Source: Cyanophora paradoxa CCMP329
Taxonomy: Eukaryota > Plantae > Glaucophyta
DNA length: 64,000 bases
Reading direction: 5' to 3'
Assembly (NCBI GenBank): GCA_004431415.1
Contig: QPMI01000531.1
Location: 119,844-183,843 of the forward strand
The number at the start of each line of letters is the position of its first letter. Positions within the stretch are counted from its first letter, which is position 1. The notes beneath the pieces were generated by a model that saw only the letters and a list, made by a program, of their open reading frames with translations, ran no database searches and was not told the DNA's origin. This document shows, piece after piece, positions 32,308 to 44,819 of this stretch. A program made the translations under genes and the position numbers.

Positions 32308-34739
32308 ATGCAGCGCTATGGCGCGTGTCGCCATCCTGGCTGCTCCTGCGCGGGTCTGCGCATGCAGCAGCAGCAACAGACGGGCAGCCGGCCGAGACCG
32401 TGCGCACGCGACGGCTGCAAGCACATGCCGGCTTTCCACGAGGAGCTCGTTCGCTCTCTCGAGTTCTTTTTCGCTGGGACCTCGACAGCGCCCGACCGAG
32501 CATCCGCAGGGCGCGCAGGTGGCCTCGAGCTCGCGTGCGAGCGCGGTGCAGCGGATCCGGGGCCCCAGCGGAGAGTACGAGCTCGGCTGGCCCCTCGGTG
32601 CGTCCCGAGGGCCCTGCTGTCTTTCCGTCCGCGTCCCCGAATCTGAGTCGCAGCGCGAAGGTCTGGGTGGTTTTTCGGAGTGCGCTCAGCGGCTGCTCTC
32701 TCGAAGATGCATGCATGTGCTGCGCGGCCGCCCCTAGCCTCACGCCCTTGTCCTAAGGGTCTTCGACGGCGTGGAGACGCGCACGGGGGCGCGGGTGGCG
32801 GTCAAGCGCGTGAACCTGGCGCACCTGGACGCGCGGGACGAGTTGAACCTGCGCCGGGAGGTCGACAACATGAGGCGGCTCAGGCACGACTGCGTCGTCC
32901 GCCTCCTCGACGACTTCCGCGAGGCTGACGACCACTACATCGTCATGGAGCGCGTCGACGGTGAAGCGCACCCCTCCCCATCGATATCGCACCCCCCGGC
33001 TGCTGATTTTGTACCCCCAGGAATGGAGCTGTACGAAAAGGTACCCCGGAGGAACGGCCTGCGAGGCGGGGGGGGGAGGCGGGGAGGCGTGTGTGGAGGG
33101 GGGGCCGCCGGACGCGGTCGGCGCTGACGCAGCGGGGCCGCAGTGCTGCAGCCCGCGGCTCTGCCTCACCCTCGCGCTGGGTGACCCGGAGGGCGGCTAC
33201 AAGCCGGATTTCGCCGGCCGCCTCCGGCAAGCCGTCGCCGCCGCCCTGCGCGTGCGCCGACCCCCGTCCCGCCCCGGCCCCACGGTCCTCCTGAGCCCGG
33301 CGGCGGGCGCCGGGCAGGTCAGCCCGCAGCGCGTCGACGTGCCCGTCGCCCTCGGGGCCGCCCGCGACCGCGTCCAGATTCAGGTGTACCCCCCGACCGA
33401 CCTCACCGCGCACCCCGGAGCCGGCGTGCGTCCCCGGCTCCGGATCCGGTCCCCCCCCGCCGACGCCCGGGCCCGGCAGGGCGCCTGCAACGTCGACGAC
33501 CGCGTCAAATACCTGGAGGCGGTGCGCAGCGCCGGGCCCCGCCGGCCCCGCCCCGCGGGCCCCGTCGTCGCACCGCGCGCCAACACGCGACGCGCGGGCA
33601 GCTGCGGGCCGCCGCGCGGGCGGAGCTCGCCTCGAACCTCGCCCTCGAGGGGCGCGCCTGGTCGCCGACGAGATCGGTGCGCCCGGGCCCGCCCGCCCGC
33701 CCGCGGCGGCCCGGCGGGGGCCGACGGGCGGCGCACAGACCAGACGTACCGTCTGGAGGAGGAGGCGGCGCGGCAGAGCTTCGCCCAGGTCGTCCAGGGT
33801 ACGCTTCAGATTCCCGAGGCGCAGGGCGGGGCGGGGCGGGGCGGGGCGGGGCCTCACCCCCGCCCCCGCAGCGGTGCGGTACATGCACGAGCAGGGCGTC
33901 GTGCACAGGCGAGCAGAGGGGGCGGACCGGGGCGGGGGCGGGGCCGGGGCGCGACGCGGGGCGGGGGGGCAGGGACCTAAAGCTGGACAACGTGATGACG
34001 GACCCCGCCACCGGCTCCGTCAAGCTCATCGGTGCCCCCGCACCCGCACCCGCACCCCCGCCCCCGCTCCAGGGACCGACGCCGCGGCCGCGGCCGCCAG
34101 ACTTCGGCTTCAGCCGCTCCGTGGAGAGCGCCCTCGCCAGCCACGTCGGCACCCGCCCGTGCGCCCCGCCCCGCCTCGCCGTCCGCCGCCGGCCCCGGGT
34201 CCCCTGACGCCCGTACCCCCAGCTACATGGCCCCCGAGGTCATGAGTGTCCCCCTGACCGGGTACGATGGCCGGGTCCGTGCCCCACCCCCCTCCCCCCT
34301 CCTCGCCCCCATCCCCCCGCCCCCCCTCGTCCTCCCCATGGCTGTACCCCCGCCGAGGGGACCGGGGCCCCGCAGGCGATCGACGTGTGGTCGCTGGGCG
34401 TCATCCTCTTCCTTATGCTCGCCGGCGGCTACCCCTTCGACTCGGCCGGCCACTTCCTCGTGTACCCGTGCGCCTCCTGCGCCCCCCGCCCTCCCCCGGG
34501 CAGCCTCGGTGTGCGAGCGGGGGCGGGGCGGCAGGGAGGACATGCGGGAGATCTTCGTGGGGGCGGGGGCGGCGGTCCCCGCGGGGGCCCGGGACCTGCT
34601 GCTGGCGATCTTCCAGCGCGACCCCGCCCTCCGCATCACCGTCCCCGGCATCCTCGCCCACCCCTGGCTCCAGCCCGCCCTCCGCCACGGCTCCCCCGCC
34701 GGCCCTTCCGCCGGCCCCTCTGCGGAGCCCAGCTCCTAG
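32308..34739 (+). CDS. CAMK-group Ser/Thr protein kinase with ~100-aa insert, multi-exon
   Basis: Spliced motifs LGLGGFSEV, VAVK, IVMERVDG, VVH/RDLKLDN, DFGFS, GT/PSYMAPE, DVWSLGVILF, HPWL. Confidence 0.88.
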
Positions 34740-35066
34740 GGGGTCGGAGACGCCCCCTCGGGGGCGCCGGCGGGGCCTTCGACGCACGCAGCTCTCTCAG
34801 ATGTCAGCTCTCCGCGTAGGCTCATTGACGTTCGGCACTGGAATCGATATGTGCTTGATTTACGATTGCTTGAATTTTGATTGTTTTGTTTATGCTTGAT
34901 TTCAATTAATGTCCGCTGTGTGCTTGGGGCCTGTGCGGGAAGGGAGGAGGCGGGGCTACGGCTGTGCCGACGGCACGTCGCCTCCTGGTGCCACGCTGCT
35001 GCTGATTGGACTGCGCTGTTGACTCGATTCGGATTCGAATTCGCATCTGCGGGGCCGTCCCCGCCC

Positions 35067-37730
35067 CTATATCGAGATGTACTCGCCGTTGCTCGCACGG
35101 GGCTGCGGAAAGATGGAGCGCTGCAGCACGTCGGACTTGGACTGGATGAAGTCCTGCGGGGCGGAAGGTGGGCCGGGGGGCCGTGGCGGAGCGGCGCGGG
35201 GGGCGAGCGGACCCGGACAGCGTCGGAGGTGGAGAGCGTCGCGGGGACGCGCGTGTTGAGCAGCTGCCCGTCGTGCTGCGCCCCCCGCTCGGCCCCTCCG
35301 CAGCGCACCGCGCCCCGGTGCCCGGCGGCACGGCGCTGCGCGGCGCGTACCCGCTTGTAGGTGATGGTGACGGCGCCGGCGGCCTCGTCGGGCCACGCCT
35401 GCGAGGAGAGGCGCAGCACGAAGGCCCCGGGCTCCTGCCCCGCCATCCGCCCCTGCGCCGCCTGCCCGCCCCGCCACTCGGCCCGCCGCGCGCGGCGGCA
35501 ACCACGGGCCGCCGGGGCGGGGCGGACGCGGCGCGTGAGCGCTGGCAGCGGGGCGGGGCGGGCGGGGTGGCCCGGGGTACCCCTGACGAAGGCCCTGGAG
35601 CGGGGGCCGGGCTGCTGTCGGGCTCGGGGCGCTGCTGCGCCTCGCGCGCGCCGCGAGAGGTGAGCGCGGGCAGCGGGGCGGGGCGGGTGGGGTGGGGGTA
35701 CCGGATCGACCCGGGGTACCCCTGACGAAGGCCCTGGAGCGGGGGCCGGGCTGCTGTCGGGCTCGGGGCGCTGCTGCGCCTCGCGCGCGCCGCGAGAGGT
35801 GAGCGCGGGCAGCGGGGCGGGGCGGGCGGGGCGGGGGTACCGGATCGACCCGGGGTACCCCTGACGAAGGCCCTGGAGCGGGGGCCGGGCGGCTGTCGGG
35901 CTCGGGGCGCTGCTGCGCCTCGCGCGCGGCGCGTGAGGTGAGCGCGGGCAGCGGGGCGGGGCGGGTGGGGTGGGGGTACCGGATCGACCCGGGGTACCCC
36001 TGACGAAGGCCCTGGAGCGGGGGCCGGGCGGCTGTCGGGCTCGGGGCGCTGCTGCGCCTCGCGCGCGGCGCGTGAGGTGAGCGCGGGCAGCGGGGCGGGG
36101 CGGGCGGGGTGGCCCGGGGTACCCCTGACGAAGGCCCTGGAGCGGGGGCGGGGCGGCCGTCGGGCTTGCGGCCGGGCTCGCGGCCCTGCTGCGCCTCGCA
36201 CGCGGCGCGTGAGCGCTGGCAGCGGGGCGGGCGGGCGGGGTGGCCCAGGGTACCCCTGACGAAGGCCCTGGAGCGGGGGCCGGGCTGCTGTCGGGCTCGG
36301 GGCGCTGCTGCGCCTCGCGCGCGCCGCGTGAGGTGAGCGCGGGCAGCGGGGCGGGGCGGGTGGGGTGGGGGTACCGGATCGACCCGGGGTACCCCTGACG
36401 AAGGCCCTGGAGCGGGGGCCGGGCTGCTGTCGGGCTCGGGGCCCTGCTGCGCCTCGCGCGCGCCGCGTGAGGTGAGCGCGGGCAGCGGGGCGGGGCGGGC
36501 GGGCGGGGGTACCGGATCGACCCGGGGTACCCCTGACGAAGGCCCTGGAGCGGGGGCCGGGCGGCTGTCGGGCTCGGGGCGCTGCGCATGCTGCGCCTCG
36601 CGCGCGCCGCGTGAGGTGAGCGCGGGCAGCGGGGCGGGGCGGGTGGGGTGGGGTACCGGATCGACCCGGGGTACCCCTGACGAAGGCCCTGGAGCGGGGG
36701 CCGGGCGGCTGTCGGGCTCGCGGCCCTGCTGCGCCTCGCGCGCGCCGCGAGAGGTGAGCGCGGGCAGCGGGGCGGGCGGGCGGGGCGGGGTACCGGATCG
36801 ACCCGGGGTACCCCTGACGAAGGCCCTGGAGCGGGGGCCGGGCGGCTGTCGGGCTCGGGGCGCTGCTGTGCCTCGCGCGCGCCGCGTGAGGTGAGCGCGG
36901 GCAGCGGGGCGGGACGGGACGGGGCGAAGGGCGGCGAAGGGCAGGGAGGCGAGCTGCCGGGCGCACCCGCAGCGTCGCGTCGGCCTCCTCCTGCGGCGGC
37001 AGCCCGTCCTCATCGCCGCCGCCCGCGCCGCCCTCGCCGCCAGCGGACGCCCGACTCTGCGGGGAGGACGCGGCCAGCGAGCCTCGGAGAGGCCTAGGGA
37101 GGCCTAGGCGGGAGGCGTCGGTTGAGGCCGGGCGGGACGGGGCGGGGCGGGGCGGGGCAGCGCGAGCTGTCGGGCGCACATGCACAGGAAACGTCGCGTC
37201 AGGCTCCTCGTGCGGCGGCGGCCCGTCCTCCACAGCGGAACGTCGTTGTATGGCGCCCTATACGCTCAAGTTTAATTTTTCAAGTCGAGTCTATTAGAGG
37301 TTTTTATATATTCGAAACATATTCAACTTGAAAAATTAACCGGGGGGTTGAAGTCGGGTGCCGTTGGAAAAAAAGTCGTTCGAACTTCGCTCCAGAGCGA
37401 ATCGAAAACGGCCAGACCGAATCGCGCGCCGGCGCGCCATTGGCGTACCAATCAGCTGCTCTGCCATAGTTTTGCATGGTGGCGCTGGATTTTGCATTCT
37501 GAGCGACCTCGTTGCGCCGCGCGGCGCCGCGACCAAGTCCAAAAGGGGGGTACGTCATTGTTCAAGTCGAGTTCGCCCAGTTCTGCAGTAACGCGAACAC
37601 ACGATTTAAGTTAACGATATCGATTTACATAGAGGACTTTTTTCCTTCAGCGTAGTATAGGGCGCCATACAACGCCGTTCCGCTGTGCTCAGCCTCCTCG
37701 TGCAGCGGCGGCGCGGCCTCTGCGATCTGC
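35067..37730 (-). CDS. Protein with acidic/Pro-rich repeats and C-terminal SH2-like domain, interrupted by a MITE; 5' end uncertain
   Basis: GAFVLRLSSQAWPDEAAGAVTITYK..QLLNTRVP..DFIQSK; upstream exons PPLHEEAE/DGPPPHEEPDATFP. Confidence 0.7.
35535..36910 (-). repeat. Tandem array of 10 units of ~139 bp, each one exon plus one intron
   Basis: CCCTGACGAAGGCCCTGG anchor recurs 10 times at 125-144 bp spacing; minus strand shows GTACCC donor, CTCAC branch and AG acceptor in each unit. Confidence 0.88.
37231..37687. mobile_element. MITE, CACTA/EnSpm-like
   Basis: 33-bp TIR CACAGCGGAACG(T/G)CGTTGTATGGCGCCCTATAC with 1 mismatch; 3-bp TSD CTC. Confidence 0.92.
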
Positions 37731-38896
37731 AGTCTGCAGATCAGTAGCTGTCCACCCGCAGCCGGCGTGCCCGTCCGTGCGCATTTAGCTAGCCCAGCTG
37801 CCCAGGCTGCAGGAGCCCGCCCTGCTACATGCGTGGCTCGCCGCGGCGCTGCGCGTACGTATACTCAGTGACAGGCACTGACAGCTGGACTCCAAATTTA
37901 GACAAAATTGGATACCCTTCGCTCTTGCACCGTTGCAACGGTCCGGACTCCGGATCCACGTTAGCTGGACGTCGACTGTCGGACCGTCGACATCGGACCG
38001 TCACGATAAACAGACACCGATTTGACGGTCCGCGCGCGCGGGTTTTCATTCACACTGAAAGCTCCAAAACTCGAAATCGCCGCGCCGCCGACCGTCGCCG
38101 CGCCGCCGACCGTCAAAAAAAACGGGATGGCTTTGCCTGTACCCGTGCCGTCAACAGCTTTCAGCGGGAGCCGACGTCGACCGGCCGGCCAGCTAGTTGC
38201 CGGCCAGACTGTACAGCAGCTGACAACAACGTTATAACTTTCAACAAGCCAGGCTGCCAGCAGCCTGGCAGCAGGCTGTCAGAGCACCGCCGGCGCCAGG
38301 CTGCCAGCTGCCGGAGTCGGTCACTCACTGAGCCAGTCACTGCTGGCGCCACATCTACACGTGCACCGCCGCGGCGCGCGCGCGCGCACTGCGCAGACAC
38401 CTGCCTGCCAGCCTGGCAGACTCGCAGAGGCTCAGGCCAGCTGGGAGCCTGGGACAGCCTGGGAGCACTGAGATCTAGATCTAGAGTGCGCACGACGGCG
38501 CCGGCAGCGCTGACTTACGCTGGAACTCGCCGGTACCGGTAGTGAGCCTCGGAGTTGGATTTGGGAGCGGCCATCGGACAGCTTTGCAAGCACGTGCCGG
38601 CAGCGCCCAGCGCCACTGGTGCCACCGTGCACTGCACGCTTGCGGCGGAGAGACATCGACAGCTGGAGAGCCGCTGAGCGCTATCATTGTTTACTAGCGC
38701 TACGCAGACGCCGGCCGCTCCTTGCATCCGGCCCTTGCGACGGAATGCATATGGATCCGGAGCTGTGCCCAGCTCCAGCTGGACTTGGGGGCTGCTGATG
38801 GTTTAATCAGGTTCGTGCGTACGTATGCGCCGTCTGCGGACCTGCTCTAGATCGATAAATCCCCTAAGATCACGAATTAAAACTGCGCTCGGTGTC

Positions 38897-41800
38897 ATGA
38901 TCACAGTGCTCTTCCTGATCCTGTTCTACGTGCGCGTTGTTGATGGCCGTGCACAGGATCCTGGAGTGCACGTGCGCGTGGGAGCAATTATCGCGGCTGG
39001 CCGTCGCTCCAGCTAGCTGTATATAGCTCGTGCGGCCGCAAGCGGACCGACCGCGAGCCGCTGAGCGGAAGGATGCGGTCGCGGCTTTCGAATCGGAAGC
39101 GCTTCGTGATCAGCGGGCCCACGTGTGCCCTCGCGGTCGTGCTCAAGCTCTGCGCTCTGATGGCTGCATGGCCCTGGAGTTCTATGTACGTACAAGCTGC
39201 GCCCGGCGCGCCGGAGTGTCTTTCGCCCGGGAGCTTCTCCTATTGCGTCGGCAGCACCGCAGGCAGCGCGACAACTCAGAAAGGGGGTGCGCGCGCGTGG
39301 TCGGCTCCTGGTCATGATGGGCGGCTCCCATGGCCAGCTGACCCTCCCTCGAAAATTCTAACTTTCTTCGGCACGACCAGGGGCTGGATCGAACGCGCAA
39401 TTTTCCAGCGTCAAGAGCCTCCACTTTAGCGAAGCCGACGGTAAGTGGCGTTTGCAAATGCGGTTTTCGAGATTCCCGGCAAAGCCGCTTATGATTGCAC
39501 GTACATATGCGCCTCCGGCTGCTTCTTCGGAATCGATCGCAAAGGCTTCCTTTATTTTGTGTCGGCAAGAGCGCTGTGGCGGGTGAACGACTCCTGCGCG
39601 GCTGAGCTGGCTGCGGGGTCCCCGGCCAACAGTGCAGGTTGTGATATGTTGATTCATCTGCGCCCGCCGCGCGCGGCGCTCGCGACGGAACCCACTGATG
39701 CCCCCATGCATGCGCAGCTGTCACGAATGGCGTAGGAACGGTTGCGAGACTGAAGTGCGCTTTGCGGCATTCAGTATCGTCAACTTGAATTTTATTGCTT
39801 TTTTATTGACTTTCATCCGCGCTGCGCGCAGCACGCCGGTCGCCCTCACGAGTCGTGGTGGGTGTTTTCAACTGTTTTGTCTCGCGCAAATTTTTGCTAG
39901 CGACGCGAAGATCGTGAATACATACATACATTAAGTGCCGGCGGGCGACAGGGCAGGAGGGCATTCTGTACTTTGCAGACGGGTCCTCGAGCGCACAATT
40001 CACGATCCGCTCGTTCAACGTCACGAGTCTCAGCGTGCGGACGATTTTTCAAGGTCAGACCACACCGCCAAGCGCACGCGCTTGGCATGCCACTGAACGC
40101 TGACGTGTTTGGTTCTCCATAAGATACTTTTGGACAAGGAATCCGCGCGATGGTGTACTGCCCAGCGCCATTCGACCACCTGTACTACACAGTAGGAATG
40201 TCCAGCAGTCAGGGGCAGCTCCGACGAGCAAACGCAAATGGTGCGGACGTGTTCATATCAACAGTGGCAACTTAAGAGACCGCCGTAGCGCCCTACAACT
40301 GCCGCCCTGTCAAGCTGAACCTGCTCGCTGATATCAATTTCTTGCCTGCACACGCCTGCAGGCACGGCATCGGACGTCACAAGAATCTTGAGCTTGAGCT
40401 GGACCCCCGCCGATGACGGTCTAGCTGTTGACTGCGGCGACGGGTCGCAAAACGTGACGCTGTACGTGCGGAGCGCGGCCCTAACTCCAAGGAAGATATT
40501 CAAGGTGCGGGCGCCTCCTGCGAATGCTTGTCGCCGCGATTGCCTTCGTTCCCGGTTGCTCACAGGGGCGAACTGCTGTCAGGTTACCAGCAACGCCTCC
40601 TTGGGAGTGGACAGCGCAGTGCTCTCGGAATTCAGCGTTTTGATAGCGACGCAAACCGGAGGAGGGATTGATATTCTTCAAGATGCGAGGTGCGCATGCT
40701 TGCATCGATTACAGACCTTCGCCAAAAGGCCTCCAATCATTACATTCGTATATCAATCTTCGCATGCTTGATTCCGATTCTACATGCAGGAACGGTCTCT
40801 GGAGATTGTATTCACATGATGGAACATATCTTCGCGCCTTCGATTCAAACAACACCGAACAGACTATGGAAACGATCAAGCCATTTTACAGGCAAGCTGC
40901 GTACGCGGATGCCGTGTTGAGAAACCCTCAGCTCGCCGACGTCCTCTATATGTCTGATGCATACCGAATGTTCAATCGAAAATGTCTGACTTAGGATTCC
41001 GCGGATCGAACAGACCGAGCCAAGCAAACCTGGCGGTGGGGCAGTTTGGCATCGCTGCCGCGAGCACGTCCTACGCGCTCTACTCGGCGTGGGACACGAA
41101 CTTCATTTACGCGCACAAAGCAAACGTCAGTCTGCCCGGACCGAGCCCCGCGTCCTGCTCTTCAACGACGGAGACGCCGAGCCCGAGCCCGTCGCCGACG
41201 GAGACGCCGAGCCCGAGCCCGTCGCCCAGCCCGTCGCCGACGGAGACGCCGAGCCCGAGCCCGAGCCTGTCTCCCAGCCCTTCGCCGACGCAGACGCCGA
41301 GCCCGAGCCCAAGCCATTCGCCCAGCCTGTCGCCGACGGAGACGCCGAGCCCAAGCCCGAGCCCGTCGCCGACGGAGACGCCGAGCCCGTCGCCGACGCA
41401 GACGCCGAGCCCGTCGCCGACGGAGACGCCGAGCCCGAGCCCGTCGCCGACGGAGACGCCGAGCCCGAGCCCGTCGCCCAGCCCGTCGCCGACGGAGACG
41501 CCGAGCCCGAGCCCGTCGCCGACGGAGACGCCGAGCCCGAGCCCGAGCCTGTCTCCCAGCCCTTCGCCGACGCAGACGCCGAGCCCGAGCCCAAGCCATT
41601 CGCCCAGCCTGTCGCCGACGCGGACGCCGAGCCCAAGCCCGAGCCCGTCGCCGACGGAGACGCCGAGCCCGTCGCCGACGCAGACGCCGAGCCCGTCGCC
41701 GACGGACACGCCGAGTCTGAGCCTGGTGCCCAGCCCGTCGGAGACGCCAAGCCCGATCCCGTCGCCCAGCCCGTCTCCCATGGCCGCGAGCTCGTCGCCC

Positions 41801-43338
41801 AGCCCTTCAAGCAGTTCCGCTGTGCAGGTGCGCATGCTGTCGCGGAGCCTTCCAGCCTGCAGCTGTTCACATACAAAATTCCTGAATGAGGGAGTGTCAT
41901 TACTCATGTGCATGCCGAACTTGCAGAGCGACGGGCGCCCGGCCATTTCGTTTGCCAGCATACTGCTAGCGCTGGAAAAGATTCGAGGCGGTCAGGAGGT
42001 GACGGCCGTCGACGTAGACCGGGACAGCTCCGGGGCCGTGACGGTGGTCCTGACGCTCTCGACGCCTTTGGAGCTACTCAGCGGACCCCCGAAGGTCTGC
42101 AATGCTGCCGAGCGCATCCGGTTGTTTAATCGTTGAGGCTGCTGTCTGCAGGATCAACCACTCCATGGCCAGGCAGTCGATGGCAACGAGCAAGTGGCAC
42201 CGATCGCGAAGCACATATATTTGCCGATCGGGGGAATTCAGCAAGGCATGCCGCTATCTCTCGAGCTACGTGGAAACGAAACGAGTCTGCAACTGAACAA
42301 TCCCCTGCGCAGGCGTCGCGATCCGGGTGTATTTCTCGGACGCTTCCTTTTCGGTCGAAGCGCTCGATGCGTCCGTGTACTCTGACGAGTTCATCCGATT
42401 CCGTGCGCGCACGTGCCGCATTCATATCTGTACTGTGACAACAAGATTTAAGAATTGGGGAAAAGAAAGCAAATTAGAACCGAATGCCAGCTACGGTAAA
42501 GCCCAGCGGGTGCATCATCTGACGTCGTACTGTGCAGGTCCCCCGAATCTGTCATCGCTGCTTAACGGAATGAAGAGGGATCGTCTCCGCAAACTGCAGC
42601 AGACCAACGCGAACCCCAACGCGTTCGCGCTGCTGGCGATGGACGTACGAGTCGAGTTCCCTGCCAAGGAGCTGCCAAACTTGGTGGTGAAGGAGGTGCG
42701 TGATTCGACGACGGCCGCTCGCGGATCGCGCATCTCTTGCCTTGCGGACGGACGTTCAACCGACTCCGCGCGATTTCCGCAGGCGGTCCGCATCCCATTG
42801 GAGGTCGCCAGGGCGTGGAGCGAGGATTTCGTGTCTAGCTCAGTCGCGGCATGGAATGTGGGGACCGACCCCGCATCAAGCCACGGCCCGCCCTCGTCCA
42901 CGCGCGTCGACGTAAGTTCGAACTGTTCGCGGTCTGACGAAGAGGCCGTGCCGCTGACCGCGCCTGCTTTTGTAGGTCATCGTCGGCGCCTCGGTTGGCG
43001 TCGGGGGGGCTCTGTTCCTCGTTGTCGTCGCGGTCGTCTGGCGCCGCCTCGGCCGCTCGCGGTCTCCGTCGGCGCGCGGCGCCTCCCACCTGAGCAAAGC
43101 CGCAAGGGAGGATCGCCCCGACCAGAATCTCCCCGCGGTGGCCATCTTCTCAAACGTTGTACCCGCCAGCCCAGACCTGGAAGCGAGCGCACCACCGGAG
43201 CCCCTCACGGCGATGGCGATTCAGATACGACAACCGCCGCCGCCCGCGGCCAGGCACAGGATCCACGATCGGCATTCTAATTCTCTCTCTCGATCAGAAT
43301 CTCCAGCGGCCGACAGCCTCCTTTCAATCGTTCTATGA
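38897..43338 (+). CDS. Type-I membrane glycoprotein with Ser/Pro/Thr-rich stalk, multi-exon
   Basis: Hydrophobic N-terminus [11 protein letters not shown]; ([10 protein letters not shown])n; [26 protein letters not shown] from 42976; stop at 43338. Confidence 0.7.
41168..41810 (+). repeat. Coding TETP(SP)n repeat, extensin/mucin-like
   Basis: Repeated acggagacgccgagcccgagcccgtcgccg with a larger duplicated block. Confidence 0.92.
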
Positions 43339-43521
43339 TTGCGAGGCGTTGATTTCAATCCCTGAGTAATCGATGTAAACTCTATGTAAACTCAATCATC
43401 TATCTACGTATACGTATACGCCGTCCCGCCCCGGCCCCGCCGGAGCCGCCGCGCCGCCCGCCGAAGCCGACGTCGACGCGACGCCGGCGCCGGCGCGCGG
43501 TGCTGTCCGAACAAGTCGCAG

Positions 43522-44819
43522 GTCCGCCTGATGGCGCACTAGTACTCCAGCGGCGACGCGCTCCTCTGCGCGGCGCTCAGCGACGCGGCGGCGCCCGACG
43601 TCTTCCGCCGCGTCGCCGCCGACTTTCTCGACGCGCGCCGCTCTGTTCCTCTTCTCAACTGTTGTGTTTCCTGATCCTCGTGCAGGTGCCCATCGAGCGC
43701 GTGACCGACCAAGACCGCTCCCGCGCGAAGAAGGTGCTTTGCGGCACCCCTTTCCAACCTCAGATTTTAAGCTAACGCGCCGCAGCTCATTTACGCGATT
43801 CTGTACGGGAGCGGCGCCGAGGCCCTCGCCGCCGAGTGTGGCTGCCCCGTCGCTGAGGTGCGCCCGTTGAAGCGATTTCTTTTGGCAGTCTTCTGAGGCG
43901 GTACAGGCCCGCGCCTTTGCGAGCCGTTTCAAGGAAAAGTACAAAGGGTAGGCTGCCCCTCCTCCCCTCTGCAGATTCCTCCCTTCTGACTTCGTCGAAG
44001 AGTGTCCGGCTTCCTCACGGCGACTGTGGAGCGGTGCCGCCGCGACGGATTCGTGACCACCCTCTTCGGTGCGCCTTCAGAGATCAGTTCGAAGCGGCTT
44101 TCTGGTGCTCTGCAGGACGGCGTCGCTACCTGCCCGCAATCGCCTCCCGCGACCCGCAGCTCCGCCGCCAGGTCTCTCGCCCCTCGCGTCGCCGACCGAA
44201 GGGACGCTAATCGAAGACTTTGCGCGCAGGCGGAGCGGCAGGCGGTCAACACCGTGTGCCAGGTGGCCCATCCCCCACCCCACCCTTTAGCACTTTGTCC
44301 TGAAACGCTGCAGGGCTCGGCGGCGGACCTGGTCAAGCGTGCCATGGCGGGGGTCCACGCCCTGCTCTCCCGCGGGGACCATCCGCCCTCGCGCTTCGAT
44401 TTCCGCCGCGCTTCATCTGACTCGAGTATGCAGCGACGCCGGTCTCGATCCCGGTCACCCGCGCGGCATGCGCACCGGCCGATCGCGAAGAGCAGGGCGG
44501 GACCGAAGCCGCGGCCCCTCCCGAAGAGCTCCTCTTGTCAATCCGGTGCGCTTGGGCCTTGTTTGACTCTGCTTCGCTCTGCCAACCCGTCAGCGCACGC
44601 CGCGGATGCTGCTGCAGATGCACGACGAGCTCATCTTCGAAGTCCCGCGGCCCGCCCCCAGTCCCCTCCGCGTCCGCTTTTCTCCACTTCCCGTTCTCTT
44701 CTGCCCTGATGGCCGAGCAGGAGGCGGTGGAGGGTCTGATGGTGTCGGCGGCCGACCTGCGGGTGCCCCTGCGCGTGAAGGCGCAGGCGGGGCCGCGCTG
44801 GGGCTCGCTGGAGATCTAG
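43522..44819 (+). pseudogene. 5'-truncated family A DNA polymerase (theta/nu-like) fragment retaining introns
   Basis: RSRAKK/LIYAILYG, FVTTLF/GRRRYLP, AERQAVNTVCQ/GSAADLVK, LLQMHDELIFE, WGSL; motif A absent; in-frame TAG at 43540. Confidence 0.85.
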
